Assembly: GCA_963803145.1 (NCBI GenBank)
Contig: CAWDLW010000024.1
Coordinates: 20,272 to 84,271 of the forward strand
DNA length: 64,000 nt
DNA from: Methanotrichaceae archaeon
Lineage (GTDB): Archaea; Halobacteriota; Methanosarcinia; Methanotrichales; Methanotrichaceae
Direction: 5' to 3'
Part shown: piece after piece, positions 1 to 10,211 of the stretch
Numbering within the stretch: position 1 is the stretch's first letter
Layout of the letters: the number at the start of each line of letters is the position of its first letter
Program-made: the position numbers and the translations under genes
The notes under the pieces: model-generated
What the model saw: only the letters and a program-made list of their open reading frames with translations
What the model was told of the DNA's origin: nothing
The model's database searches: none

Positions 1-5
1 ACTAT

Positions 6-1034
6 TTGGAGACTATTAGAAATAGTGGAAACTATTTGCTATCGGTGATAAATGATATCTTGGATTTCTCAAAGATCGATCTTGGAAAAATGGAGCTAGA
101 AAAACAGCCTTTCAATCTTAGAATACGCATCAAGGAATCGCTTGATCTTATAGCTCCAAAGGCTTCTGAAAAAGGAATTAATTTGTCTTTTGATATAGAT
201 CCAAGCACTCCGGAAATTATTGTAGGCGACCTTACTAGACTCCGCCAGGTCCTGGTTAATCTCCTCAACAACGCTGTTAAATTCACGGGCAAGGGGGAAG
301 TAACGATATCGGTAATCAGCCAAAAGCGTAGTGGCGGAGACTACGAAATCCATTATGCCATTAAGGATACAGGGATAGGAATACCTCAAGAGAAGATGAG
401 CCAATTGTTTCAGTCCTTTAGCCAGGTGGACCCATCAATTACTCGAAAATATGGAGGTACAGGTCTTGGCCTAGCTATAAGCAAGAGATTAGTGGAATTG
501 ATGAATGGGACGATTTGGGTCGAATCAGATGTAGGCAAGGGATCGGTATTCCACTTCACAATAATTGCAGAGGAAGCAACCGAGAGTCAGATAGAAGCCA
601 TGAAGCACGATCACGAGTCTATAACTATATCACCGCTGATCGATCAATATGCATTACGCATATTATTGGCTGAGGATAACCCAGTCAATCAGAAGGTAGC
701 TCTACAGATGCTCAAGAAGATAGGTTACAAAGCTGATATAGCTGCGAATGGAAAAGAAGTATTATCTGCCCTGGAACGCCAGTCTTATGATATAATTCTC
801 ATGGATGTGCAGATGCCGGAAATGGATGGTCTGGAAGCTGCCAAAAGAATACGCGAGCGGAGCGATAGGCCGAAGATCATTGCAATGACAGCCTTTGCTC
901 TTAAAGGCGATATGGATAGATGTCTTGATGCAGGGATGGATGATTACATAAGCAAGCCTATACAGCTGGAGGAGCTTCGGAATAAGCTTATCAAATGGGG
1001 AATGAACAGCAAAACGCCCGTTGTTTATTCGTAA
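6..1034 (+). CDS. Hybrid sensor histidine kinase/response regulator, 5'-truncated by the window edge
   Basis: INDILDFSKI (end of HisKA), NLLNNAVKFT (N box), DTGIGI (G1), GGTGLGLAI (G2), then a receiver domain (LLAEDN...MDVQMPEMDG...KP). Confidence 0.93.
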   Translation: METIRNSGNYLLSVINDILDFSKIDLGKMELEKQPFNLRIRIKESLDLIAPKASEKGINLSFDIDPSTPEIIVGDLTRLRQVLVNLLNNAVKFTGKGEVTISVISQKRSGGDYEIHYAIKDTGIGIPQEKMSQLFQSFSQVDPSITRKYGGTGLGLAISKRLVELMNGTIWVESDVGKGSVFHFTIIAEEATESQIEAMKHDHESITISPLIDQYALRILLAEDNPVNQKVALQMLKKIGYKADIAANGKEVLSALERQSYDIILMDVQMPEMDGLEAAKRIRERSDRPKIIAMTAFALKGDMDRCLDAGMDDYISKPIQLEELRNKLIKWGMNSKTPVVYS

Positions 1035-1365
1035 ACTGTGTGGAATTCCAATCTCCCGCACGCAATCATAGATATCCTACATGATCTCTGTTTTATTATC
1101 GTGGATCGTCTTCTTATCAAATTCATACTGCACACACATGATATTTTTGATCTCAGCCCTGCCAGACCTCTAAGGGATATTGGCCTCGGGTATAAGATAG
1201 AATATGCGGATCTTCGATTGCTATTGCAGGGGCTGTATTGAACCTTGGGACTTGAGAAAATAGGCTCAAAACTATGGGCGCTAGCTATCCTCCCTGCTTC
1301 TACATCTCGGACAAACGCAAGAGGAAGCTCGAGGCCCTGAGCGACATGTGACACCAGACTGGATA

Positions 1366-1965
1366 TTATATTATCAGCACCATGGCATACAAATCTGCTA
1401 TATCGGAGTATGATTTCAGCACCCGGATACTGTAACCTGCGTTCTTGGCCGTCTGGAATATATCGATTCCAAAGGCATCCATAGGCGGTCGCATGATATC
1501 CTTGTGTCTACAATCAAGAGTGCTAAAGTCATCTATCTTTGAGATATTTGGTCTCTCTTTAATCACGCAGGTATCACAAAGGGTGCATGGAGTTGCGCCC
1601 ATGGCAAAAGCCTTGTAGTATCCCAGGAGAAATGCAGCTCTCTCCATCTCGATTATCGCCGTATGAAGCTTCGTCCTGCACTCCTTTAGATGCTGGCGGC
1701 GCTGCTCTGGGGTAAACTCAGGATCTGGCGAAGTCTGGGAATGAACCAGAACTGCCGTCTTGTACTCTGCCAGGAGCCTGCGAGTTTCTTCTGGAGTAGG
1801 GCTGAATGGCGGGCAGCTTAATCTCTGTCCAAATGATGGGCATCCATACCTGCACTTGAACCTCACCCATTCAGAGACAACTACAATATCTGTAGAGATC
1901 AGCTTGAGATCTTTATGGATATTTTGGAGAGTGGTGATGAGATTTCTGGTACTCTCATCAGACAT
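1366..1965 (-). CDS. DUF2284-type Cys-rich predicted metal-binding protein
   Basis: KCRYGCPSFG..SCPP, CTLCDTC and CRH..MRPPMDAFGIDIF motifs. Confidence 0.75.
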   Translation of the reverse strand: MSDESTRNLITTLQNIHKDLKLISTDIVVVSEWVRFKCRYGCPSFGQRLSCPPFSPTPEETRRLLAEYKTAVLVHSQTSPDPEFTPEQRRQHLKECRTKLHTAIIEMERAAFLLGYYKAFAMGATPCTLCDTCVIKERPNISKIDDFSTLDCRHKDIMRPPMDAFGIDIFQTAKNAGYSIRVLKSYSDIADLYAMVLII

Positions 1966-2173
1966 CTCCTCTTCGGGGGTTTCATTGTTGTCCTCCTGGC
2001 GTTTATGCTATCTGACATTTCTCGCTACCTCTCTGGAAATTCTTTACTTTTCCGAATCGTCCAGCAATAACACTGTCTAATGAAGCCGGAGCCCATAGCA
2101 TCAAACCAGCCGAAACCATCGACCAGTGTATCATATATTTGAGACGGCAGATATTTGACTATATTACCAATGG

Positions 2174-2791
2174 TTAAGCGCCACTCCTTCTCGCAATCTC
2201 CATCGGAAGATCAACCACAAAGCAGGCCGCATCAACCACATTCCCATCGCTTGTTGCAACAATATCCTTCGCAACCTTAAGATGATGATCTACATTCATT
2301 TCTGTCCTTGCTGTTCCTCGAATCCCTCGAAGTGACATCATCTCCCGGATATGAGCCGACAGGCTGCCGCTCATGGATATCTGCTGGTCAAGCAAAAAAT
2401 CGACTCTGGCAGGTTCTACAAGAGCCAGGAGATCGATGATCTCAGATAGTGCCTGATCGGTGATCTCGGACATCCTGTAACTTCTGAAGATACCCCTAAT
2501 ATCTCTAAGCAACCCATCATCGCATAAATAAACAGGGCAGCCCTCAAGAATGCTTTCAACTGTTATCAGGACGTTGTATCCGTCAATTAGTATTTCTTTT
2601 CCGTTCAGCGCCTCCAGAGAAACAAGCTTTGCCATGCGGGCGGATGCCTGAACCGTTGCTACTACAACTCTCACTAGCACAAACCTCTGCCATTCAGGCA
2701 GACGATAATGATCGGCGACAAAACGTATCGCAGACTCCTTTGGGTAGCCGCGACCCAAGAGGTGGCGTACATCCTCAGCAGCAAGCCTCAG
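2174..2791 (-). CDS. DUF434-domain protein (PIN/NYN-like fold); start probably CTG at 2791, or TTG at 2758
   Basis: AAEDVRHLLGRGYPKESAI..V.DHYRL and IDGYNVLIT..CDDG..RDIRG motifs; the conserved-looking N-terminus extends upstream of the ORF-track start. Confidence 0.75.
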   Translation of the reverse strand: MRLAAEDVRHLLGRGYPKESAIRFVADHYRLPEWQRFVLVRVVVATVQASARMAKLVSLEALNGKEILIDGYNVLITVESILEGCPVYLCDDGLLRDIRGIFRSYRMSEITDQALSEIIDLLALVEPARVDFLLDQQISMSGSLSAHIREMMSLRGIRGTARTEMNVDHHLKVAKDIVATSDGNVVDAACFVVDLPMEIARRSGA

Positions 2792-3321
2792 CCTTTCAGG
2801 CGATTCTGGACCGACGCTCTCACATCCTTATATATATCATGTCCATAGGAATCGATGGCTACGATCATCGGCCCAAGGTTTTCGGCCTCGAACTCCCACA
2901 GGGCTTCAGCCATGCCCAGCTCCTGCAAGTGTACTCTCTTGACCTTCAGCTGTCTGGCAGCTGCAGCGCCACAGCCTCCGGGATATGCCAGATAAACTGC
3001 CCTGCCTCGGAATGGTTCGCCAGGCAGGCCGCCTTTGCCTATTATCGCCTTAACTCCAAGGTTCAGGATTTCCTCCGTATAGCGCGCCATTCTGCCGCTT
3101 GTTGTCGGGCCTGCAGATAGAACTTGATCATTCTTTATTAAGGGGCCGCAATGATACAGAACAGCGCCTTCAAGAGAGATGGGGCTGCCTTTTGATCGAA
3201 GCAGAGCATGCGCTTTATCACGCGCAGTATAAACAGTGCCGCTGAGATAGACCACATCTCCAGAGCGAAGTGATTTTATATCCTCGATTGAGAAGGGCGT
3301 CTTCAGCCTGTGTTCTGTCAT
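2788..3321 (-). CDS. Class I fumarate hydratase / Fe-S hydro-lyase, beta subunit
   Basis: GTVYTARDKAH, YHCGP, AGPTTSGRM, IGKGG; overlaps the alpha subunit stop (ATGA). Confidence 0.9.
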   Translation of the reverse strand: MTEHRLKTPFSIEDIKSLRSGDVVYLSGTVYTARDKAHALLRSKGSPISLEGAVLYHCGPLIKNDQVLSAGPTTSGRMARYTEEILNLGVKAIIGKGGLPGEPFRGRAVYLAYPGGCGAAAARQLKVKRVHLQELGMAEALWEFEAENLGPMIVAIDSYGHDIYKDVRASVQNRLKG

Positions 3322-4130
3322 CGGATCAACTCTGATGCGCTTCTATTGGCCCAGCACTGGAAGTTTATGGCTACGGGCAGCGAGGCAGTATGGCACGATG
3401 CCATTTCAATCTTTACGCCCAAAGCCGTTGTATCCCCGCCCAAGCCCATTGGACCGATCCCCAAAGCATTGATCTTTTTAAGAAGCTCAATCTCCCGCTC
3501 TGATGATCCCGGCATATTGAAGAGAGCTCGCTTTGCCAGACGTGCAGCCAGATCGAACGTCCCTCCTATTCCGATGCCCAGAAAAAGCGGCGGGCAGGCG
3601 TTGGCAGCGCGCTCTGCCACTGCTTTTAGAATGAATTCAAACGAATCATCAGCCGGATTCAGCATTCCAACAAGGCTCATATTCTCCGAGCCAGCACCTT
3701 TTGGAAAGGCCGTGATCTTCAAGCAGTTTCCATCAACTGATTCCATAATTATGTCAGGCATTATAATGCCCGTATTATCTCCCGTATTCTTTCGGGTCAG
3801 AGGATCAACTACATTGGGCCTTAGCGGAATTTCTTTTGTAGCAATCCTTACGCCCTCTGCAATAGCATTCTGTAAATCAAAGTCTAACCTGAGATCTCGT
3901 CCGACATCCAGATGGAATATCGGCAAACCGGTATCCTGGCAGAGAGGAAGCTTTGTCTCCTCAGCTATGTGGACGTTCTCAAGCATAAACTGAAGGTGGG
4001 ATCTTGCCACAGGGTTAGTCTCATTTTCCATAGCATGCTCGATCAGTTCTAAGACCCAATTTGGAAGCGATGTCTCAGCCTTCTGGAGCGTACGGATGGT
4101 TGCCTCTACAACCTCCGATTTTGACATCAT
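3318..4130 (-). CDS. Class I fumarate hydratase / Fe-S hydro-lyase, alpha subunit
   Basis: PLCQDTG, PKGAGSEN, ACPP, GIGPMGLGG.TT, CHTASLPVA..CWA. Confidence 0.9.
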   Translation of the reverse strand: MMSKSEVVEATIRTLQKAETSLPNWVLELIEHAMENETNPVARSHLQFMLENVHIAEETKLPLCQDTGLPIFHLDVGRDLRLDFDLQNAIAEGVRIATKEIPLRPNVVDPLTRKNTGDNTGIIMPDIIMESVDGNCLKITAFPKGAGSENMSLVGMLNPADDSFEFILKAVAERAANACPPLFLGIGIGGTFDLAARLAKRALFNMPGSSEREIELLKKINALGIGPMGLGGDTTALGVKIEMASCHTASLPVAINFQCWANRSASELIR

Positions 4131-4861
4131 CCTTTCTGCCCCTTTTTGCCAGGCTCGATCTTTATGGGCTTAGATTGATCAGGCAGCTCCAGCTTTGTGA
4201 CCTTGCCAAGAGCCCTCTCCATTGCATCTTTATGGAGATCCCCTGATGTATGGATGCCTCCTGGAGTGCCTCTCACTGCGCGGCATGGATACTGCTGACA
4301 AAACAGTCCAGCCATGGATGGAGCCTCATCAACAGTTTTTCCAATCAGGCCCTGTGCAGCATGCCAGGTTGAGCCGCAGGGTGAGCCGCGGATGACATTG
4401 ATTGAAGCTATCCTGCCGTCCTTTACCTTCACATCAAGCTCGGGCTTGCCGAGCTTTTCGGCAAATTCATCCACAGCAGGAACGCCGCATTTCTCAAGGG
4501 TACAGCAGATCTCATCGACCTCGATATGGATATTATACTTCTCGGCGATTTTCTCAAGCTCGCCGATGGATCCAGCACGGGCGATGCCCCCAGGAATTAT
4601 TGCTGCCTTAACACCGTGCTCTCCTGCAATCTTCACAATCTCCGGGGTTAGATCGGGATGGAATGTGTAAAGGATAAGGAGATCCGCATCGAATACCTTC
4701 GGATCGAGGTTTAAGCCCTTCACAAACTCTTCAGGGTCCTCGATGAAGCCGGGCAGATATTGAGGAACCTCGGCTGAGACTACCTGAAAATCGGTCTTCT
4801 CTTTTATTACCTGAATCAGGCGCTCGCCATACTTCCCTCGTTTTATTACTCCAACAAGCAT
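4127..4861 (-). CDS. DUF166-family protein
   Basis: HPDL, EICCTL, RGSPCGSTW, QYPCRA motifs; translationally coupled to the fumarase genes. Confidence 0.7.
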   Translation of the reverse strand: MLVGVIKRGKYGERLIQVIKEKTDFQVVSAEVPQYLPGFIEDPEEFVKGLNLDPKVFDADLLILYTFHPDLTPEIVKIAGEHGVKAAIIPGGIARAGSIGELEKIAEKYNIHIEVDEICCTLEKCGVPAVDEFAEKLGKPELDVKVKDGRIASINVIRGSPCGSTWHAAQGLIGKTVDEAPSMAGLFCQQYPCRAVRGTPGGIHTSGDLHKDAMERALGKVTKLELPDQSKPIKIEPGKKGQKG

Positions 4862-4968
4862 ATAAGAAGATCCGTGGGGTAACTTAATAGCCTTTTGCTG
4901 CTGTATTGCGTATTGAGAATTGCTTTAAAGATCATCATATATTAAAATAATATACTAAAATAAACGGA

Positions 4969-5625
4969 TTACTTGAACACATCCCCTGCCTCTTTGTACC
5001 AGAGCAAGAGGTCAAGGTGCGACATGGGTATTCCTACCTGCTTCGAAAATTCAATCATTTTCTTCTCGATATCCAGATAGGTTTTTTTCGAGAGGGATGT
5101 AGGGATCTCATCGATCACTCCCATTAGCTTGAGGTTTTTGAGGATATGCCTGTCAAGTATCGCCAGATCTTCTCCAAGCCCAATATTCCTTAGAAAATGG
5201 CTGGCCTCTTTATATCCTAGACCCATCACGTTTTGAACCAGCCACTCACGTGCAGCAAATGGGCTGCTGAAGCCCCTGATGATTGCTCTTAGCGATTGAT
5301 CTGAGAACATTTTGCGAGCAAGGCAGATGTATTCCGCCTTTCTTTCGTTGAACCTGACGCCGATAAGCTCCTTCTGGATTAGTTCTGACTGGCATCCGTC
5401 TATTAGGGATGTCCTGACAAGGCGCTCAACTGCAGCCCAGCATGTTTTAGCCCTTGACTGGGGAGTTAGAAGGCAGAAGACAAGCTCTCTGAAAAGGTCT
5501 TCATCGTTTGCAGTTTCCCAAATCTGCTTGAACTCCTTCAAACGTGATTCTATTCGGCCTTTTACGGGCGCGTAGAGTTCCATCAGCTCCTGTATACCTT
5601 TGTATTCCTTTTTTCCAAAGTCCAT
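4969..5625 (-). CDS. ogg: 8-oxoguanine N-glycosylase/DNA lyase (archaeal Ogg type)
   Basis: ELVFCLLTPQS, HhH motif GLGYKEASHFLRN.G, ILDRHI, Y..IE, DLLLW. Start set to ATG 5625 because the ORF-track start (5676) lies inside the IS terminal repeat. Confidence 0.85.
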   Translation of the reverse strand: MDFGKKEYKGIQELMELYAPVKGRIESRLKEFKQIWETANDEDLFRELVFCLLTPQSRAKTCWAAVERLVRTSLIDGCQSELIQKELIGVRFNERKAEYICLARKMFSDQSLRAIIRGFSSPFAAREWLVQNVMGLGYKEASHFLRNIGLGEDLAILDRHILKNLKLMGVIDEIPTSLSKKTYLDIEKKMIEFSKQVGIPMSHLDLLLWYKEAGDVFK

Positions 5626-5651
5626 CTCTGCTTCCTTGTCTATCTTATGTA

Positions 5652-7049
5652 CTGTACTCTCCAAGTTTCTCACCAATTTATAATCTCCATTCTATATCAA
5701 GTCATATCTTATATCCCTGTTCTTTGATTAGATAGAGTAAACCACTATCAGGAACTGGCAAATTAAAGTATTGTAATACATATATAAAGGCATCAATGAA
5801 TGCTTGAGCCTTTATACTATCTATCATATCTCCAATCGTTCTATTTTGTTGATTTCTTTCCACTGGTGGGTTTTTGAGTTCATATAAAACGATAGCTGTC
5901 CAGACTGAGAAAACCATCTGAATAAATCTTTCAATTGATCGTTTTCCTCTTAATTGATAATCCTTGAATCCCAATTTTTGATTTGACTCTCTATGAGCAG
6001 TCTCAATATCCCACCTATCCTCATAAATAGAAAGGATTTCTACCAAAGATAGTGAACAATTGGTGCTAATAAAGTAGTTGGCGTCACCATTTTTCTTTTT
6101 CTTTGAGATGACTAGCTTTACTTTGCCAATCTTATCTAAGATGACTTCTTTTTCGATTGCATAATATACCTTCTTCTTGCCGCGAACTTGGACTGTAGTT
6201 CTTCTATAATAAATTTCGTCAATCTGATTTGCCAAGTCCCTGACCTGAAAGGACATATCCTTATTTATCCATACCTTTTTATTAGACTTAATTTCACAAA
6301 CGACTTGATGACCTAAGTTCAGGCATTTAGTTATAAAATCAGCAGAAAACCACCAGCTGTCGAAAACAACATAAAGACTCAAGCCTTTTGGTATTTTTAA
6401 GGGCTCGATGATATCTTTATAAGCGATTTCTATTTTAGTCATGAAATCTTCACTGCTGTCTATCTCTTTAGTATACATTTTTGCTTTATGTGGTATAAAT
6501 ATACCTCTAGATTGGAGGACTGAGGTAACAAAGTTGTTACCCATAATATAGTCATCTTTGCAATGATCGTAAAACTTGCCCACGCCATCAGTACATTTCC
6601 CTTCCTTTTCATTATATGTATCGTCTATAATTAATAATATTTTGTCGCTTGCACTTAACTGAAGAGCTTCTATAAATAGATCCGCACTGCGCTGAGCTAC
6701 TTCGTTCTCATCCCAGATTGCATCACTAAAGAACCAATTATAGGAAGAGCGTGATTTCGTACATTCTCGATCCTTTGCCATAGCATCACTAAGGTGTGCG
6801 ATGGTCTTAGATTTATCACATACGCTCAGTGCTGAAATCATATCACAGAAAGAATTATAGCTCGGTATGGTGAATAAATCTTTAAATTCTTTTAGAAATG
6901 GCTCTAACTGTAATGGAATCTTAACTAATTTGATCATGACATAGTAAAATACTTTTATAAATAAATCTATTTTGTATCAAGAATTAATTTTAATGGTAAA
7001 AGAAAATATAGCTATAAATATAAAGCTATGAAAAAGTTGGAGAGTACAG
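5652..7049 (-). mobile_element. IS701-like insertion sequence, complete
   Basis: Imperfect TIRs CTGTACTCTCCAAGTTTCTCA (from 5652) and its near-complement TGAAAAAGTTGGAGAGTACAG (ending 7049); 7-bp direct repeat TTATGTA at 5645-5651 and 7050-7056; AT-rich interior. Confidence 0.88.
5702..6937 (-). CDS. DDE transposase (IS701/IS4-superfamily type)
   Basis: LIIDDT..EK.G, VVFDSWWF, Y..RWDIE..HRESNQKLG. Confidence 0.9.
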   Translation of the reverse strand: MIKLVKIPLQLEPFLKEFKDLFTIPSYNSFCDMISALSVCDKSKTIAHLSDAMAKDRECTKSRSSYNWFFSDAIWDENEVAQRSADLFIEALQLSASDKILLIIDDTYNEKEGKCTDGVGKFYDHCKDDYIMGNNFVTSVLQSRGIFIPHKAKMYTKEIDSSEDFMTKIEIAYKDIIEPLKIPKGLSLYVVFDSWWFSADFITKCLNLGHQVVCEIKSNKKVWINKDMSFQVRDLANQIDEIYYRRTTVQVRGKKKVYYAIEKEVILDKIGKVKLVISKKKKNGDANYFISTNCSLSLVEILSIYEDRWDIETAHRESNQKLGFKDYQLRGKRSIERFIQMVFSVWTAIVLYELKNPPVERNQQNRTIGDMIDSIKAQAFIDAFIYVLQYFNLPVPDSGLLYLIKEQGYKI

Positions 7050-7107
7050 TTATGTATATATTGGTTCGCGTGAGGCTGTTCAAACGCTTCTTGAATAAAA
7101 TTCATTC

Positions 7108-7170
7108 CCTTGTGTTTTTGTGCCTTTGTGGTTTAGTGCTATTAACTTAACCACAAAGGCACAAAGCTGT
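7108..7170. repeat. REP-like dispersed palindromic repeat, copy 1
   Basis: 17-bp perfect inverted repeat TTTGTGCCTTTGTGGTT (7117-7133) / AACCACAAAGGCACAAA (7149-7165); related copies at 41229 and 55571. Confidence 0.7.
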
Positions 7171-7262
7171 TGTTCTGAGATAAAGCTATTATTAGTTCTA
7201 GGTAGCCTCAATACAGTAGTAACAAAAATATTGAATAAAGGCAGTAGGAAGGGGAGATCTCT

Positions 7263-8012
7263 TCACGTCCCCAAGCTGAGCTTTACCTTGCCTATGCCCG
7301 ACTCTACATTGATACTCAGGTTAGTCTTTGATTTTCCATAGGCATCATTGGTGTAGGCTTTGCCAGTGCTCTTAAGGCCGCTGCCTGCTTCAACTGACCC
7401 GATTCCCTGGCTGACATAAACTATCGCTCCAGTATTCTTCGGAATCACGAGCACAAGGTTGCCTACGCCGGCCTTGATGCTGGCATTGAGGCTATTCCTC
7501 CAATTGCCGCTTAGATCGATGGTGATGTTGCCCGCACCGGACTGGATGCTTAACCCCGTCAGGGACATGTTGCTCAGAATAATGTTGCTCTCACCTGCGC
7601 CAAGAGTTGTTTGGAGGTTGATGGGAACATCATTATTTAGTCGCAATTTCCAGATGTAGGTGACGTTGCTGCCAAGAGATTTCACCGAGCTGGTGGGCTG
7701 CTGAACACTCAGGTTTCCAACATTGCCTGTCACAGTATAGCTGAGATCGGGCTTCCATGATGGCAGATTATAACTAAAATTGGCATCCAGTAGATCCTTC
7801 GCGCCTCCGAGAAGTGTGAGACTGCCTGCCCCCATTGTTACCTGAGCATTGACCGATTTTGCACCGCCCAAAGCAACTGATCTCGATTCATTCTGTATCG
7901 GGCCGGGCTTTTCGCTAGGGCCAACGCAGCCGAGAGCTGCAAGTACAATTGCGGCTAATAATAGCATGCATACTAAACTTGAGGGTTCGATTCTTGAGGG
8001 TTCTATTTTCAA
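7263..8012 (-). CDS. Predicted lipoprotein with repeated GxG beta units (DUF2154/toast-rack-like)
   Basis: Hydrophobic signal ending in ALGC lipobox; repeated MGAG/LGAG/SGAG/AGVG/GIG units. Confidence 0.65.
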   Translation of the reverse strand: MKIEPSRIEPSSLVCMLLLAAIVLAALGCVGPSEKPGPIQNESRSVALGGAKSVNAQVTMGAGSLTLLGGAKDLLDANFSYNLPSWKPDLSYTVTGNVGNLSVQQPTSSVKSLGSNVTYIWKLRLNNDVPINLQTTLGAGESNIILSNMSLTGLSIQSGAGNITIDLSGNWRNSLNASIKAGVGNLVLVIPKNTGAIVYVSQGIGSVEAGSGLKSTGKAYTNDAYGKSKTNLSINVESGIGKVKLSLGT

Positions 8013-8125
8013 GGTTTATCTCTCCCTATTATCATCATATTATCAATCAATGTTAAGGATCTTATGATATAAAATTATTAGGATGTGTTCGGCTACGTAT
8101 TAGACTACGTATCAGAATTAGAGTA

Positions 8126-8971
8126 TCAAATCGGCAAGCCCAGCCAGGCGAAGACTCCAATCATCCGCAGACCGATGAAAAACATCAAAGCTATGAAGAT
8201 ATATCTGAGCTGTCGCCCCGGGATAAGATGAGCGAATCGAACACCAAGCTGCGCCGCAGGCACGCTTGTGCCTGCGAGTAAGATAAACTGAAGAAGATCG
8301 ATGTAGCCTACCGAATACGCAGGTCTCCCTGAAACTCCCATCCCATTTATTGCATAAGAAGAGATTCCTCCAATGGAGTTCAAAGCAATCGCTACAGATG
8401 ATGTCCCGACCGCCTGAAGCATGCTGAATCCCATGCCCACGACCAACACAGGAACCATTAATACGCCGCCGCCAATGCCGCTCAATCCCGATACGATTCC
8501 GACTGGGAAGCCCCATAAAATGTAATGCAGAGGATCAGTTTTGGGCTTTGTACCGGGCTTTATTTTCCCGGCCAAAAGCAGACGAAGACCCCCTGCAAGA
8601 ACCACCACACCAAATATCGTTTTGAGTATATCTGCTGGGGTATGAGCTGCGATTGTTCCTCCTATGAATGCTCCGGCGAGCCCTGACAGCCCCATGATTA
8701 TCCCTGGCTTCCATAGAACTACTCCCCGGCAGCTATGCCCATAGCAGCCGCTGAGGGATGTTGGCAGAACCACTGCTAAACCTGTTCCAAACGCTACGCG
8801 AGTGGCGATCGTAGCATCGATGCCCATAGAGGTCAGAGCCCAGAGCTGAATAGGCACCATTATAAAGGCGCCGCCAACTCCCAAAAGGCCGCAGGCTGAG
8901 CCTACAAGTATGCCTGTTGCCATCAATACGAGCACATATATGAGCAGAGGTTCTGGTATCAGTATCACCAT
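8126..8971 (-). CDS. TauE/SafE (sulfite exporter/TSUP) family membrane protein
   Basis: Two repeats of GLLGVGGAFIMVP / GLSGIGGGVLMVP followed by A.GT; multiple TM segments. Confidence 0.88.
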   Translation of the reverse strand: MVILIPEPLLIYVLVLMATGILVGSACGLLGVGGAFIMVPIQLWALTSMGIDATIATRVAFGTGLAVVLPTSLSGCYGHSCRGVVLWKPGIIMGLSGLAGAFIGGTIAAHTPADILKTIFGVVVLAGGLRLLLAGKIKPGTKPKTDPLHYILWGFPVGIVSGLSGIGGGVLMVPVLVVGMGFSMLQAVGTSSVAIALNSIGGISSYAINGMGVSGRPAYSVGYIDLLQFILLAGTSVPAAQLGVRFAHLIPGRQLRYIFIALMFFIGLRMIGVFAWLGLPI

Positions 8972-9023
8972 ATCCTGTGATAGTAATGAACAGCATTTTG
9001 CCTTTTATTTTGACCCAGTTTGT

Positions 9024-10211
9024 TCAGGCGATCTTCAGCCCCTTGTGTTTCGCAAGTACCTCATCAGCCAGCTTATCCAAGGCCTTGAAGTCATCCTCCT
9101 TCGGGTAGCCTTTGATCACTACAGGCTCTATCAGTTCTACTTTCAGATTCGGTATTGCAGCCGTGATTTGATCTACAGTTCTGCCTCCCCAGCCGTATGA
9201 GCCGATTATCGATGCAAATCTGGTCTTGGGTCTCAGAGCGTTGGCAAGGATTGCTGCATACAATGCCATCGGATGTGCTCCCGCAAGAATTGTTGGTGAT
9301 CCGATGATAATCGTGGCTGCATCTACAAGCGCCTCTGCCAGCTCTCCAATATCCGTTCTTGTCAGGTCAAACTGCTTGACCATGATCCCTCTGGATATGA
9401 GCGCATCTACAAGGTGGTCTACCATTGCCTTTGTGGCACCATGCATGGAGACATAGGGAAGTACAACCTCATTCTTGACAGTATCTGAAACCCAATCGCG
9501 GTAGGCATTCAGTATGAACTCGGGCCTGTTATATAGAGGACCGTGGCTTGGAGCGATCACATTAATCTTCAGATCCTTTATCCTAGCCAAATGCTTCTGG
9601 ATATTTGACCTGAAAGGCATCATAATTTCTGCAAAATACCTTTTAGCAGACTCATATACAGTTGCCTCATCCGTTGCATACAGATTGCTTGTGGCCAGAT
9701 GCGATCCAAGGAAGTCACAGGTGAAGAGGATTTTATCTTCAGGCAGGTAAGTGAACATCGTGTCAGGCCAGTGGACCCAGGGGGCGTGAATGAACTCCAG
9801 CGTCTTTCCGCCAAGTGGGATATGCTCGCCGTCTTTAACCTCCTGCACTCGCTCTTTTGGAACAAGGCTGAAAGCTATCAGGAGATCTATGCATTTGCCT
9901 GATGCCACAACCTTGGCATCCGGGTAAAGCTCGATTAGCCTCTTGATGGTGCCTGAATGATCCTGCTCGGCATGCTGTGAAACGATATAATCCAGCTTCT
10001 TTACTCCGAGCGTACTGAGATTTTCTATGAGAACATCCAGCATCGTCGTATCGACGGCATCTATCAGAGCGACTTTATCGCTGCCTTGAATCAAATATGA
10101 GTTGTAGCTGGTTCCGTCAGGCAGAGGTATCAATGCATCGAAGAGCCTTCGGTCCCAGTCTATTGCACCAACCGATCTCACCCCGGGCCTTATATCCCTG
10201 ATCAGGCTCAT
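9024..10211 (-). CDS. fprA: Flavodiiron protein (FprA family)
   Basis: GTSYNSY, HAEQDH, PWVHWPD, CDFLGSH, PSHG; C-terminal flavodoxin domain (SMHGAT, GSYGWGG). Confidence 0.92.
   Translation of the reverse strand: MSLIRDIRPGVRSVGAIDWDRRLFDALIPLPDGTSYNSYLIQGSDKVALIDAVDTTMLDVLIENLSTLGVKKLDYIVSQHAEQDHSGTIKRLIELYPDAKVVASGKCIDLLIAFSLVPKERVQEVKDGEHIPLGGKTLEFIHAPWVHWPDTMFTYLPEDKILFTCDFLGSHLATSNLYATDEATVYESAKRYFAEIMMPFRSNIQKHLARIKDLKINVIAPSHGPLYNRPEFILNAYRDWVSDTVKNEVVLPYVSMHGATKAMVDHLVDALISRGIMVKQFDLTRTDIGELAEALVDAATIIIGSPTILAGAHPMALYAAILANALRPKTRFASIIGSYGWGGRTVDQITAAIPNLKVELIEPVVIKGYPKEDDFKALDKLADEVLAKHKGLKIA

Noticed and set aside
1025-1354. ORFs between the kinase and DUF2284 genes
   Set aside because: No recognisable motif; protein-like stretches are broken by stops, so at most an unassignable remnant
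3310-3993. Long antisense ORFs, for example 3310-3993, 32190-32789, 35136-35705, 36731-37255 and 40627-41211
   Set aside because: Shadows of well-supported genes on the opposite strand
5626-5676. N-terminal extension of Ogg in the ORF track
   Set aside because: It begins inside the IS terminal repeat and is an artefact of the insertion
7981-8010. Short tandem duplication encoding IEPSR-IEPSS
   Set aside because: Trivial slippage in a signal-peptide n-region
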